Assembly (NCBI GenBank): GCA_965112635.1
Contig: OZ218778.1
Location: 1,344,001 to 1,408,000 of the forward strand
DNA length: 64,000 nucleotides
Direction of reading: 5' to 3'
Source of the DNA: an uncultured bacterium
GTDB lineage: Bacteria; Oederibacteriota; Oederibacteriia; Oederibacteriales; Oederibacteriaceae
The notes under the pieces: generated by a model
The model's input: only the letters and a program-made list of their open reading frames with translations
The model's database searches: none
Told to the model about the DNA's origin: nothing
Part shown: positions 17,184-26,660 of the stretch, piece by piece
Numbering within the stretch: position 1 is the first letter of the stretch
How the letters are laid out: every line of letters begins with the position of its first letter
Program-made: the position numbers and the translations under genes

Positions 17184-19574
17184 ATGGGTATTTACCAAAC
17201 ATGCAACCGCATCAGACTGATTTGTTGTTTGCTGCTTTTCCTATTATTAATAACCGCTACAGGTTTATTTGCTGTTTCCTCCCTGGAAGAGCAAGGGCTC
17301 ACCGCCTACCTTAGCGGCGACTTGGTCCGCGCCACCCAGTACCTGGAAAAAGCCATTGCCACCAACCAAGCATCCCCAAAGGCCAGCGTCTATCTGATCA
17401 AGGTCTACTTAGAGCTGTCCCATGACTATTTTGACAAGAAACAGTACAGCCAAGCCCTGGGCGTCCTAAACAAAGCGCTCAAGATGAGCCCCGATAACAA
17501 AGACATTCAGGATATATACCGGTGGGTCAACGAGTCCTACCAGCAGGAAAAGAACCAGAAGCTGCTGGCGAAAAAGCCCCCAAAACCAAAACCGACGGCG
17601 AAAAAGAAGGTCAAAAAAACCGCAGCGAACGCGCTGGCCGCGCCGGTCACCCTGACGGCCGTGACGGTCGAACCGACCAAAGAAGCGGTCAATGTGGTCT
17701 CTTTGACCGCCACGGCGGCTTTGATAGAAGACCACTTCAAGGCTATCATCAAGACCCAGCAGAGCGAACTCCTTACCGAGCAAAGAGCCATCAACGAGAC
17801 CGTCAGCAACCGCGTGCAGAGCACGGTGAACACCTTGCTCATTCTGGGCGGGGCCGCGGTGTTGCTGATCCTTTTGATCTTCATGTTCATCATGAAGCGG
17901 CAGAGGCGTTTCTTTAAATCCGAGGAAGAACACTTCTTGGGTGTTCTCAACGATCAGAATACCGCGCTGGCCAAGGGGGCTGTCACCTTGGCGTCCAAAA
18001 AAGCCGGGGCTGGTGCCCAGATCTCCACGGGCGAGATGCTATCCGACCCTAATCCCCGGATCAGGGCCAAAGGGATCGAGCTTTTGGACCAGGAGTTCCA
18101 GCTGGAGAACACGTCCAAGGAGATCGCCCTTAAGGTCCTGAACCCGTTCGCCATGGATCCCAATAACCGGGTCCTGGGCAATGTGGCCAAGGCCATGTAC
18201 CGCTATGACCCCAACCGGGCCAAAGCCCTCATCAAGTCCATGCTGGAGAATTCCAATGTTTTTATGCGGCTTTCAGCCGTGTGGGTTTGCGGTGAGATAG
18301 GCGACCCCATAATCCTGGACATGGTCATTAACCTGGCCGAGGCTGTGCAGCCGCCATTAACTCAGCGGGTCAAGAAAACGCTGGAAAAAATTGCCGAGCT
18401 GAAAAACCCTGAAATTATCAAGCGAAAAGAGACCATTTTCCAGAAGATTCAGCACTTAGCGGCCAAGGAAAAAGAAGGGCTGGCCCAAGGTTTCGGAAAC
18501 TATCCCGCCTCTGAGGATGGGCGGGGACCATCTAAACCCAGCGCACCGGAGTTTGACCCGCTCCTGAGGGAGCGCGATATGGAGATCAAGGCTTTGAAAG
18601 AACAGATTAACAAGATCAGCGAACTTAAGATAGAGCTCCAGAACGACCTGTGTTCCTTCACGGAAGAACAGGAAAGGCTGAAGGAATCCCTAGATCGGTC
18701 TAAAAAAGAGGCGTTGGGACAAAAAAAATCCCTGGCCGAGAAAGAGAGCGAACTGCGGGAGGCCAGGGACGGGTTGTCTGAACTAGAGGAAAATCTAAAA
18801 ACCCTCAGCGAAGACCTGGCCAGGCAAAAAAAGATGAACGAGAAGGCCGAGAGCGAGAAGAAAGATATTTCCGCCCGGGAAAAGTCCCTGCAGGCGGAAC
18901 TCGTTAAGATGGGGCAGGAGGCTGTGGACGGCCAGGAACTGTCAAGTCAACTCCAAAAATTGGAGAAAGATTTAAAGGAAAAGCAGAAAGACGGAAGGGA
19001 AAAAGAGGCGAAACTGGACGAAATCACGAAAGAAATGGACCGGAAGGAAAAAGAGTTTGAAAAGCTGCTGCATAGCCACCAACAATTGCAGAAAAAACTA
19101 CTGGACAAGGAGAAAAGCAGCCAGGATAGCCTGGCCAATTTAAAGGAAGAGATGGAGCAGCAGGCCCAGGAGGCGCGCAAGGAGCGGGAACAGTTGAAGG
19201 AGAAGGCTGTCAAACTGGAGGAGCAGGTCAAAAAAGCAAAGGAAGATCATTTGCGGGAAATCCGGGAGATCAGGGTAGCTGGTGAGCAGGGCTCCCTGGC
19301 CACCAAAGAAAGTGAAATGCTCCGCCGAGAAAACGAGTCCCTGCAGCACGAGATCGATTTGCTCAAGATCAAGATCGAGAAGCTTTCACTGGAAGGTGAT
19401 ATCCAATCGCGGCGCCATGAAGAGGTCCAGGCAGGAATCAAAGAAAGCGCGGACAGCTTGACCAGGAGCAGGGAAGAGGTTTTGAGACTTCAAAAGGAGA
19501 ACGCAGAAATAAAAAAAGCCCTGGAATATAGTTTGCATAAGTTGCACGACCTGGAAAACGGAAAAACATCTTAG
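17184..19574 (+). CDS. Signal peptide + TPR + single TM + HEAT-repeat + long coiled-coil protein (paralog B)
   Basis: Colinear similarity to 13987..15366 (e.g. SAVWVCGEIGDP vs SAIWVCGEIGDP) plus roughly 330 aa E/K/L-rich tail; start uncertain (17106 or 17184). Confidence 0.75.
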   Translation: MGIYQTCNRIRLICCLLLFLLLITATGLFAVSSLEEQGLTAYLSGDLVRATQYLEKAIATNQASPKASVYLIKVYLELSHDYFDKKQYSQALGVLNKALKMSPDNKDIQDIYRWVNESYQQEKNQKLLAKKPPKPKPTAKKKVKKTAANALAAPVTLTAVTVEPTKEAVNVVSLTATAALIEDHFKAIIKTQQSELLTEQRAINETVSNRVQSTVNTLLILGGAAVLLILLIFMFIMKRQRRFFKSEEEHFLGVLNDQNTALAKGAVTLASKKAGAGAQISTGEMLSDPNPRIRAKGIELLDQEFQLENTSKEIALKVLNPFAMDPNNRVLGNVAKAMYRYDPNRAKALIKSMLENSNVFMRLSAVWVCGEIGDPIILDMVINLAEAVQPPLTQRVKKTLEKIAELKNPEIIKRKETIFQKIQHLAAKEKEGLAQGFGNYPASEDGRGPSKPSAPEFDPLLRERDMEIKALKEQINKISELKIELQNDLCSFTEEQERLKESLDRSKKEALGQKKSLAEKESELREARDGLSELEENLKTLSEDLARQKKMNEKAESEKKDISAREKSLQAELVKMGQEAVDGQELSSQLQKLEKDLKEKQKDGREKEAKLDEITKEMDRKEKEFEKLLHSHQQLQKKLLDKEKSSQDSLANLKEEMEQQAQEARKEREQLKEKAVKLEEQVKKAKEDHLREIREIRVAGEQGSLATKESEMLRRENESLQHEIDLLKIKIEKLSLEGDIQSRRHEEVQAGIKESADSLTRSREEVLRLQKENAEIKKALEYSLHKLHDLENGKTS

Positions 19575-19743
19575 GTATACATTGATTTTTCCGTCCTTTT
19601 AAACCCGCAAAATGGACTACCGACCCGGATCCTAAAATAAGAACGGAGAAAGTGTTGCAAAAAACAGCCATTTTTAAGCTTTTTTTAGGGTTTTTCGGGG
19701 TAGACACATTGGAAAAATGAGGAGAAAATAAATCAAGTTTGGT

Positions 19744-19771
19744 GGAACTTTTAGACCTCTTTTTTGTCTAA
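19744..19771 (+). promoter_or_regulatory. Putative ECF (sigmaE-type) promoter
   Basis: GGAACTT-N15-GTCTAA, i.e. GAACTT-N16-TCTAA, about 108 nt upstream of the SGNH gene. Confidence 0.45.
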
Positions 19772-19878
19772 TTTTACAACGATTTCGGGGCAATGGATTG
19801 CAATGAAAGTTCTTTGAACCAGAGTATAATGATAACAAATCGGCAGTACTTTTAGCTGAGAACAGGGAGGTTGTTCAT

Positions 19879-21438
19879 ATGTTTAAAAAAATCCAGTTTG
19901 TCTGTGCCCTGACAGCCTTGACGGTTTTTGGCGGAGCAGGATTTTTGTTTGGAGCTGGCCTAGGATACCCGCCAGCCAGTGTGATGGACGTTGAAAACTG
20001 GCAATGGATCTGCCACTGCCAAACCCTGCATACTGCCTATAAAGCGGCCTATGGAGACACCGGTATTGTGTGTCATTTTGGGGATTCCATCACCTACGCC
20101 AACCAGTATGGTGTTTGGGCCGACAGGTCCGGAGGACCCGGTTTTACGGCGGCTGACACTTTGGTCACGCAATGGATGCATGTGGGCGGGCCGGGTGACC
20201 CGAATCCAGTGAGTCCTTATTCATTGCCCGCTAATTGTGCAACGATCACAGGTTGGTGGCAAAAGGATGGGTTTAGTTTGCAACGCGTGGATATGACCTA
20301 CGACGGGTCATACACGGCGATGAGCGGTATTACAACGGACCAATATTTAAATGGGACAGATAACCTTCCCGTGCCCAGTGCGATGATAAATTGCTTTAAC
20401 CCTGAAATAATCGTAATTCTGCTGGGGACCAATGACGCGAAAACCGCGGTTCCAGTAGCGACAATGCAAGCCAATTTGAATTCTATCGTCCAGGAGTGCA
20501 TGGCCAAAAATGGCATCCCCATCCTGACCACTCTGCCTCCGAGCTGCGCGGGATTTGACGTAACGAATTACAACACGGCGATCATGACCGTAGCGCAGAA
20601 TAACCAAATACCGGTGATCGGGTTTAACCAGGCTATCATGTTTGAACAGCCCGGGGGGACAGAGACTGCAGGTCCTTGGTCATCGACTTTGATAAGTGCT
20701 GATTGTATCCATCCAAGCGGCACAGATGCCAGTAGCGACCCGACGGCGAACAATTACGCGGACCTACAGCAAGGAGGATATCTATTACGGACGTGGCTGA
20801 CTATAAAGAAGATCGAGGAGGTGTACGCGAATTGCGTGACCGGCACAGCCTGCGGGGCGAGCACCAATACTGCTACTGCGACCCCTGGTTTGCCCGCGAA
20901 TACAGCTACTGCTACAAACACAGCGACTTTCACGCCACCGCCTCCAGGTTCTACCAACACAAACACTTTCACGGAGACCGCGACCCCTATTCCTCCCACA
21001 CCGATACCGACCCCTATACCTCCCACACCGGTACCGACCAATACGTTGACGCCCACAGTGACCGCTGCGGGACCTACCAGCACCAATACGGCGACCTTTA
21101 CTATTTCCTATACCCCAACCATCACCGACACTCCGACCACGGTCCCCACGCCGCCGCAGCAGACCTACAGTTACCCCAACCCAATAGATTTCAACAAGTA
21201 TAACTATGTAACTATTGCGTTCCCCGCGGAACCGGATAATAACGTGACCATTTATGTGGTCAACATCGCCGGGGAAACGGTGGCCACGGTTCCTCTAGCC
21301 TCCATCCACGCCACGGAAGGATGGGCCAGGTGGGACGGCAAGGATAGCAGCGGCAAAATTGTGGCCACGGGCATGTATTTTTATTTTGTCAGGTCCAGCC
21401 ACATGAGGATGCGCCAGAAATTGACGCTTATTAATTGA
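19879..21438 (+). CDS. Secreted SGNH/GDSL hydrolase with Thr/Pro linker and C-terminal FlgD-Ig/T9SS-CTD-like domain
   Basis: FGDSIT, LLGTND and DCIHP catalytic blocks; TP-rich linker; tail YSYPNP...NIAGETVA...WDGKDSSGKIVATGMYFY. Confidence 0.85.
   Translation: MFKKIQFVCALTALTVFGGAGFLFGAGLGYPPASVMDVENWQWICHCQTLHTAYKAAYGDTGIVCHFGDSITYANQYGVWADRSGGPGFTAADTLVTQWMHVGGPGDPNPVSPYSLPANCATITGWWQKDGFSLQRVDMTYDGSYTAMSGITTDQYLNGTDNLPVPSAMINCFNPEIIVILLGTNDAKTAVPVATMQANLNSIVQECMAKNGIPILTTLPPSCAGFDVTNYNTAIMTVAQNNQIPVIGFNQAIMFEQPGGTETAGPWSSTLISADCIHPSGTDASSDPTANNYADLQQGGYLLRTWLTIKKIEEVYANCVTGTACGASTNTATATPGLPANTATATNTATFTPPPPGSTNTNTFTETATPIPPTPIPTPIPPTPVPTNTLTPTVTAAGPTSTNTATFTISYTPTITDTPTTVPTPPQQTYSYPNPIDFNKYNYVTIAFPAEPDNNVTIYVVNIAGETVATVPLASIHATEGWARWDGKDSSGKIVATGMYFYFVRSSHMRMRQKLTLIN
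20981..21039 (+). repeat. 27-bp tandem repeat (2 copies plus remnant) encoding TPIPPTP(I/V)P
   Basis: CGACCCCTATTCCTCCCACACCGATAC followed by CGACCCCTATACCTCCCACACCGGTAC. Confidence 0.85.
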
Positions 21439-21469
21439 AGAAAGCGGATGATATCGGCCTGAAGTTTAT

Positions 21470-21514
21470 AAACCGCCTAGGGCAGTCAAGATTAGCTCTA
21501 GGCGGTTTTGTTTT
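21470..21514 (+). terminator. Intrinsic terminator
   Basis: AAACCGCCTAGGGC/GCTCTAGGCGGTTT stem followed by TGTTTT. Confidence 0.85.
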
Positions 21515-21670
21515 GAGGGCAGCGTTCCTTATCAATTCTTGCTGGGTTTCTTCCGACGAAGCCCTTGGATATGTCTTGGGAAAATAGTTCGTCCGGCTTT
21601 ACAACCGCGCAACCATTTGGTATCTTTTTGTTACCAAAACGCAACTATTTTGAGGAAAGGGGAATCATCC

Positions 21671-22819
21671 ATGAAGAAAAAATATATCATGTCACCGGGG
21701 CCTGTCCCGATCCCGCCAACCGTGCTTTCCCTGGCGGCAGAGCCCATTATTCATCACCGCACTCCAGAGTTTCGGAAGGCTTTTGCGGAGGTTTGCGAGG
21801 GGTTAAAGGAAGTATTCAGAACAAAACAAGATGTCATCACTCTGGCGTCTTCAGGCACGGGCGGAATGGAATGCGCCTGCGTGAGCCTTTTGTCGCCGGG
21901 TGACACGGCTTTGGTCCTCGAAGTCGGGGTGTTCAGCAACCGTTGGGCCAAGATATTAGAAGCCTACGGCGTCAAAGCGGAAAAGCTTCCCTTTGAGTGG
22001 GGCAAGCCCGCTGACCCCAAAGCGGTGGCAGCCAAGCTCAAGGAGATGCCCCAAACCAAGGCCGTTTTCACGACCTTGAGCGAGACCTCCACAGGCGTGG
22101 AGAACGACATCAAAGCCCTGGCTGAGGTGGTCGGCAAGACCCCGGCTGTCCTGGTGGTGGACGCGGTGAGCGGCCTGGGGGCCATTCCTTATTACATGGA
22201 CGACTGGAAAGTGGACTGCACGGTGGTGGGGTCCCAAAAAGGGTTCATGGTGCCGCCCGGACTGGCTTTTGTGGCCATGAGCGACAAAGCCCAGGCCCTG
22301 GCCAAACAATCCAAATTGCCCAAGTTCTACTTTTCTTTCCTGACGGCCCTGGAAAAGCTCAAGGCCGAGAAGCTTCCTGACACGCCCTACACTCCGGCGA
22401 TATCCCTCATTTTGCAACTCAGGGAATCCCTCAGGCTGATCAAAGAAGAGGGCCTGGAGAATTGCTGGGCCAGGCACGCCAGGCTGGCCAAAGCCACCCG
22501 GGAGGCGGTCAAGGCCCTGGGCCTCAAGCTCTTGGCCCCGGACGCTCCGAGCAACGCGGTGACGGCTATCATCGCTCCGGAGGGGATCGACGGCACGGAG
22601 ATCAATAAAATATTCAGGGATAAATACGGCATTTCCATCGCGGCCGGACAAGGCAAGCTCAAAGGTAAGATCTTCAGGATCGGCCATCTGGGATACGTGG
22701 ACGAGACCGATGTGATCATGACCATCGGCATCCTCGAAATGGTCCTGGCCGAGATCAAATACCAGGTCGTACGCGGCCAAGGCGTGACCGCTGCCCAAAA
22801 AGTATTCCAGGGCTTGTAA
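21671..22819 (+). CDS. Class V PLP aminotransferase (alanine--glyoxylate/serine--pyruvate family)
   Basis: MSPGPVP, IHHRTPEF, SETSTGV, VDAVS, GSQKG (PLP lysine) and FRIGHLG motifs; ATG at 21671 after AGGGG. Confidence 0.93.
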   Translation: MKKKYIMSPGPVPIPPTVLSLAAEPIIHHRTPEFRKAFAEVCEGLKEVFRTKQDVITLASSGTGGMECACVSLLSPGDTALVLEVGVFSNRWAKILEAYGVKAEKLPFEWGKPADPKAVAAKLKEMPQTKAVFTTLSETSTGVENDIKALAEVVGKTPAVLVVDAVSGLGAIPYYMDDWKVDCTVVGSQKGFMVPPGLAFVAMSDKAQALAKQSKLPKFYFSFLTALEKLKAEKLPDTPYTPAISLILQLRESLRLIKEEGLENCWARHARLAKATREAVKALGLKLLAPDAPSNAVTAIIAPEGIDGTEINKIFRDKYGISIAAGQGKLKGKIFRIGHLGYVDETDVIMTIGILEMVLAEIKYQVVRGQGVTAAQKVFQGL

Positions 22820-22857
22820 GTAAATCACGCAGAATTAGACAGGGAATGAGGAGAAAA

Positions 22858-24363
22858 ATGGCTGAAAAAATGAAGATATTACTGGCAGCTTCAGAAGTGG
22901 TGCCCTTTGCCAAGACCGGCGGCCTGGCCGACGTGGCCGGGGCTTTGCCCAAGGCTTTGACAGCCCTGGGTCATGATGTCCGGGTCATCCTGCCGAAATA
23001 TAAAGCGGTCGATGACAAGAAGTTCAGCCTCAAGACGGTCATCGAGAAGATGGACGTCCCGGTGGGGGAGATGCTCTACGCCTGCAAGGTCAAATCCAGC
23101 GTGATCCCCAACACCTCCATTCCGGTCTATTTCATCGAAGAGAACTCTTTTTTCAACCGCGATGAACTATACCGCACCAAGGCCGGTGATTTTCCGGATA
23201 ATTTGGAAAGGTTCACCCTATACAGCCGGGGAGTTTTGGAACTGGTCAAACGGCTCAACTGGCAGCCGGATGTCATCCATTGCAACGACTGGCAGACCGC
23301 GCTTATCCCCACCTATATAAAGACCTTGTACTGGACAGACCCTTTTTACAAGGACATCGCCACAATATTCACCATCCATAACCTGGCCTACCAGGGGGTA
23401 TTCCACAGGGAAAGCTTGAGGGTGACTGGACTGGGCTGGGACGTTTTTACCCCGGACAAGCTGGAGTTCTGGGGCCAGATCAACCTGATGAAAGCGGGAC
23501 TGGTATACTCGGATATTTTGAACACCGTGAGCCAGCAGTACAGCAAGGAGATCCAGACCGGCGACGAGTACGGCCGGGGATTGGAAGGCGTCCTGAAATA
23601 CCGTTCCAACGACCTTTTCGGCATCGTCAACGGCATCGACTACGAGGAGTGGAGCCCGTCCGTGGACACGGTCCTGGCGCCCAACCATTATTCAGCTTCC
23701 AGCATCAGCAAAAAAGCGGTGATCAAAAAGATGCTGACTGAAAAGGTCGGCCTGCCCTTCCAGGAAAAGGTGCCGGTCCTGGGGCTTATTTCCAGGCTGG
23801 ACGACCAAAAGGGCCTGGACCTCATTGCGGCCATCACCAAGGACCTGATGAAATTGGACCTCCAGCTGGTCATTCTTGGCACCGGCGAGCAAAAATACCA
23901 CGATCTTTTTACCCAGCTTAAAAAAGACTATCCCGCTAAAGCCGGAGTCACCCTGGGGTTCTTTAACGACCTGGCCCATTTCATCTATGGCGGCAGCGAC
24001 TTTTTCCTCATGCCCTCGAGATTCGAACCGTGCGGGCTGGGGCAGCTGATCTCTTTGAGTTACGGGACCATCCCCATTGTCCGCAAGACCGGCGGTTTGG
24101 CCGATACCATCACGGAGTTCAACCCCAAGACCGGCAAGGGCAACGGGTTCGTGTTCAGCGAGTACGACCCCAAGGCCCTGCTGGCGACCGTCCAAAGAGG
24201 CCTGGCAGTCTATAAAAACGCTTCCCAGTGGACCAGCCTGGTCAAGGCGGCCATGCAGAACGATTTTTCGTGGAAAGTCTCGGCTCAGAAATACGCTGAC
24301 CTGTACCAAAAGGCCATCAACAAGCGCAGACACCCCCAGGCTGCCCCCAAGCACGACAAATAA
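22858..24363 (+). CDS. glgA: Glycogen synthase
   Basis: PFAKTGGLADV, HCNDWQT, TIHNLAYQG, SRLDDQKG and MPSRFEPCGL motifs; start one of 22846, 22858 or 22870. Confidence 0.96.
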   Translation: MAEKMKILLAASEVVPFAKTGGLADVAGALPKALTALGHDVRVILPKYKAVDDKKFSLKTVIEKMDVPVGEMLYACKVKSSVIPNTSIPVYFIEENSFFNRDELYRTKAGDFPDNLERFTLYSRGVLELVKRLNWQPDVIHCNDWQTALIPTYIKTLYWTDPFYKDIATIFTIHNLAYQGVFHRESLRVTGLGWDVFTPDKLEFWGQINLMKAGLVYSDILNTVSQQYSKEIQTGDEYGRGLEGVLKYRSNDLFGIVNGIDYEEWSPSVDTVLAPNHYSASSISKKAVIKKMLTEKVGLPFQEKVPVLGLISRLDDQKGLDLIAAITKDLMKLDLQLVILGTGEQKYHDLFTQLKKDYPAKAGVTLGFFNDLAHFIYGGSDFFLMPSRFEPCGLGQLISLSYGTIPIVRKTGGLADTITEFNPKTGKGNGFVFSEYDPKALLATVQRGLAVYKNASQWTSLVKAAMQNDFSWKVSAQKYADLYQKAINKRRHPQAAPKHDK

Positions 24364-24374
24364 AGGAAGTTTTC

Positions 24375-25470
24375 ATGGACCTCAAGGCTGAGCTGGACCA
24401 GCTCCAGCAAAAAATCATCGATTTGCGGAGGTTTCTTTGACCCTCCTTCGGCAGGCGAGGAGATCAAGGAGCTAGAAAAACAGGTTTCCCAGCCTGATTT
24501 TTGGAACGACAGCATCCAGGCCCAGAAGGTCTCCGGTCGCCTGCACCTCCTCAGAGAAGAACAGAAACTCTTCAGCGGATACAACCAAAAACTCCAGGAC
24601 CTGTTGGCAGCGCTGGAGCTGTTAAAGAATGAAACCGACCCGGCCCTGGAAAAAGAGATCACCGCTGACCTAGAATCCCTGCAAAAACAGGTGGGCCAGG
24701 AAGAACTCAAACGCCTGTTCACCCTGCCTTACGACATCAATAGCGCCATCATCAGCATCCATCCCGGAGCAGGGGGCACTGAGTCGCAGGACTGGGCCCA
24801 GATGCTTCTGCGGCTCTATCTGCGTTACTGCGAGCGGCGCGGCTGGAAAACCGAAGTGGTGGATATGCTCCCTGGAGAAGAAGCCGGGATCAAAAGCGTG
24901 ACCTTTACGGTGGAAGGCATCTATGCCTACGGCTACCTCAAGGCGGAAAAAGGGGTGCATCGCCTGGTGCGCATCTCGCCTTTTGACGCCAACAAGAGGC
25001 GCCACACCTCGTTCGCTTCGGTGGATGTGCTGCCGGAGATCGACGAGACTGTCGCGGTGGATATCAAAGAGGACGACCTGAGGATAGACACTTTTAGGGC
25101 CAGCGGCGCGGGCGGCCAGCACGTCAACAAGACCAGTTCGGCCATCCGCATCACCCACCTGCCCACCAACACCGTGGTGCAGTGCCAGAACGAGAGGTCC
25201 CAGTACAAGAACAAGGCCATGGCCATGAAGGTCCTCCGGGCCAGGTTGTTCCAGCTGGAGGAGGAAAAGCGCCGGGAAAAAATGAAAAAGATCCAGGGGG
25301 TCAAAAAAGACATTGCCTGGGGAAGCCAGATACGCTCCTATGTGTTCCAGCCCTATACCCTGGTCAAGGACCACCGCACCGAGGTGGAGGTCGGCAACGT
25401 GCAGGCGGTCATGGACGGGGATATCGACGTGTTTATCGAAGCCTTTCTTAAAAGCGGAGCCGCGGCCTAA
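24375..25470 (+). CDS. prfB: Peptide chain release factor 2 with programmed +1 frameshift at 24435-24441 (about 364 aa)
   Basis: ATG at 24375 gives 21 codons ending CGG AGG TTT CTT TGA C; the +1 frame runs into the ORF carrying [13 protein letters not shown] and GGQ. Confidence 0.97.
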
Positions 25471-25505
25471 GGCGATTTGGGGTACAATTTAGCCAGAGGA
25501 AAAGC

Positions 25506-26651
25506 ATGAACAAATATTTTTTGATTCCATTGCTGATGTTAGGCGCTTGCTTCAGTTTTGCCCGGGCTGAGGATATCCAGGAGATCACGCCGGTCGTTAA
25601 TTTTGGCTCTGAAACGCCGGTCTTTATCCCTATTGCCACCGAAACACCCTGGTCGGTACCGGTCAATCACAATGAAAATCCCGAGCTCGGCCTTACCCCG
25701 GAGAAAACGCCCAGCCTGACCCTGACACCGGTTATCCAGGAAAAAGACGAGGTCGTCAAAAATGACGGCGAAGTCCTGAGCGGGACCATCACGAAAATCG
25801 AACTCAATGACTATATCCGCATAAGAACGGCTGGAGGCAAGGTTTTTCAGGTGGATTGGAAGGATTTGAAACAACTGAACGGCAAATCTGTGGCCAGCCC
25901 CACCCTAACCCCCGTCTTGCCGGCTGTCAAGGTGACTGCCGTGCCCCATATCCAGGCGAGAGGCGCTTTTTACCTAGGGACCAATCTGGGTTGGCTGGCC
26001 AGTACTAATTCTGACCTAGGCCAATACACCGATCCTGACCCCAGCTATGCTTACCTGTCCAAAAACAAAATCGGCTCGAACTTTTTGACCGACCTGCAGT
26101 TGGGCTACCAGTTGGCCAGCCCCTTTGGCTTGGAACTGGGAGCGGAGTTTGGCCCGACCAGCGGGGTGAATGCCAGCGGGAATACGGTCCTGTCCTACTC
26201 TTCGTTCGCTGAACTATGGAAGTTTTACCTTATGCCCACTTACAGGGTTTCCGGCAGTGACGGACTTTTTTACGGGCTCTTTGTGCACACCCTGGGCCTG
26301 CGTTTAGGCTGGGATCTGCTGTTGGACAGCCAGAGCTATACCACGACCTTTGGAGCGGCCTCCATGAGCGGCAACAGCCAGACCGTCGAGGTGGGTCTGG
26401 TTTACCGGCTGGAACAATTCATAGACGAGAATTTCAGCGCGGGGCTGGATATTTCCTATAACTTCACTAGCTTTAACGGGCTGACCATCACCAACTCTAA
26501 TTCCTCCAACGGGGCCTATATTTATTTCAATCCGCCACCCGCGGCTGACCTTTCCGGGCTGTCCGCCAAAGCGAGCCTGAACTACTGGTTCAATATGCCG
26601 TTCTGTCGGGAGGCGCCTAGAAAACCACGGGCTTTGCCCGTGGATGAATAG
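25506..26651 (+). CDS. Secreted protein with small N-terminal beta domain and probable outer-membrane beta-barrel
   Basis: Signal peptide; TP-rich segments; alternating-hydrophobic strands ending ASLNYWF. Confidence 0.55.
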   Translation: MNKYFLIPLLMLGACFSFARAEDIQEITPVVNFGSETPVFIPIATETPWSVPVNHNENPELGLTPEKTPSLTLTPVIQEKDEVVKNDGEVLSGTITKIELNDYIRIRTAGGKVFQVDWKDLKQLNGKSVASPTLTPVLPAVKVTAVPHIQARGAFYLGTNLGWLASTNSDLGQYTDPDPSYAYLSKNKIGSNFLTDLQLGYQLASPFGLELGAEFGPTSGVNASGNTVLSYSSFAELWKFYLMPTYRVSGSDGLFYGLFVHTLGLRLGWDLLLDSQSYTTTFGAASMSGNSQTVEVGLVYRLEQFIDENFSAGLDISYNFTSFNGLTITNSNSSNGAYIYFNPPPAADLSGLSAKASLNYWFNMPFCREAPRKPRALPVDE

Positions 26652-26660
26652 GCGCAAGTA

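Noticed and set aside
20860-21150. Repeat array within the SGNH gene
   Set aside because: It is explained as a low-complexity Thr/Pro coding linker with one 27-bp duplication.
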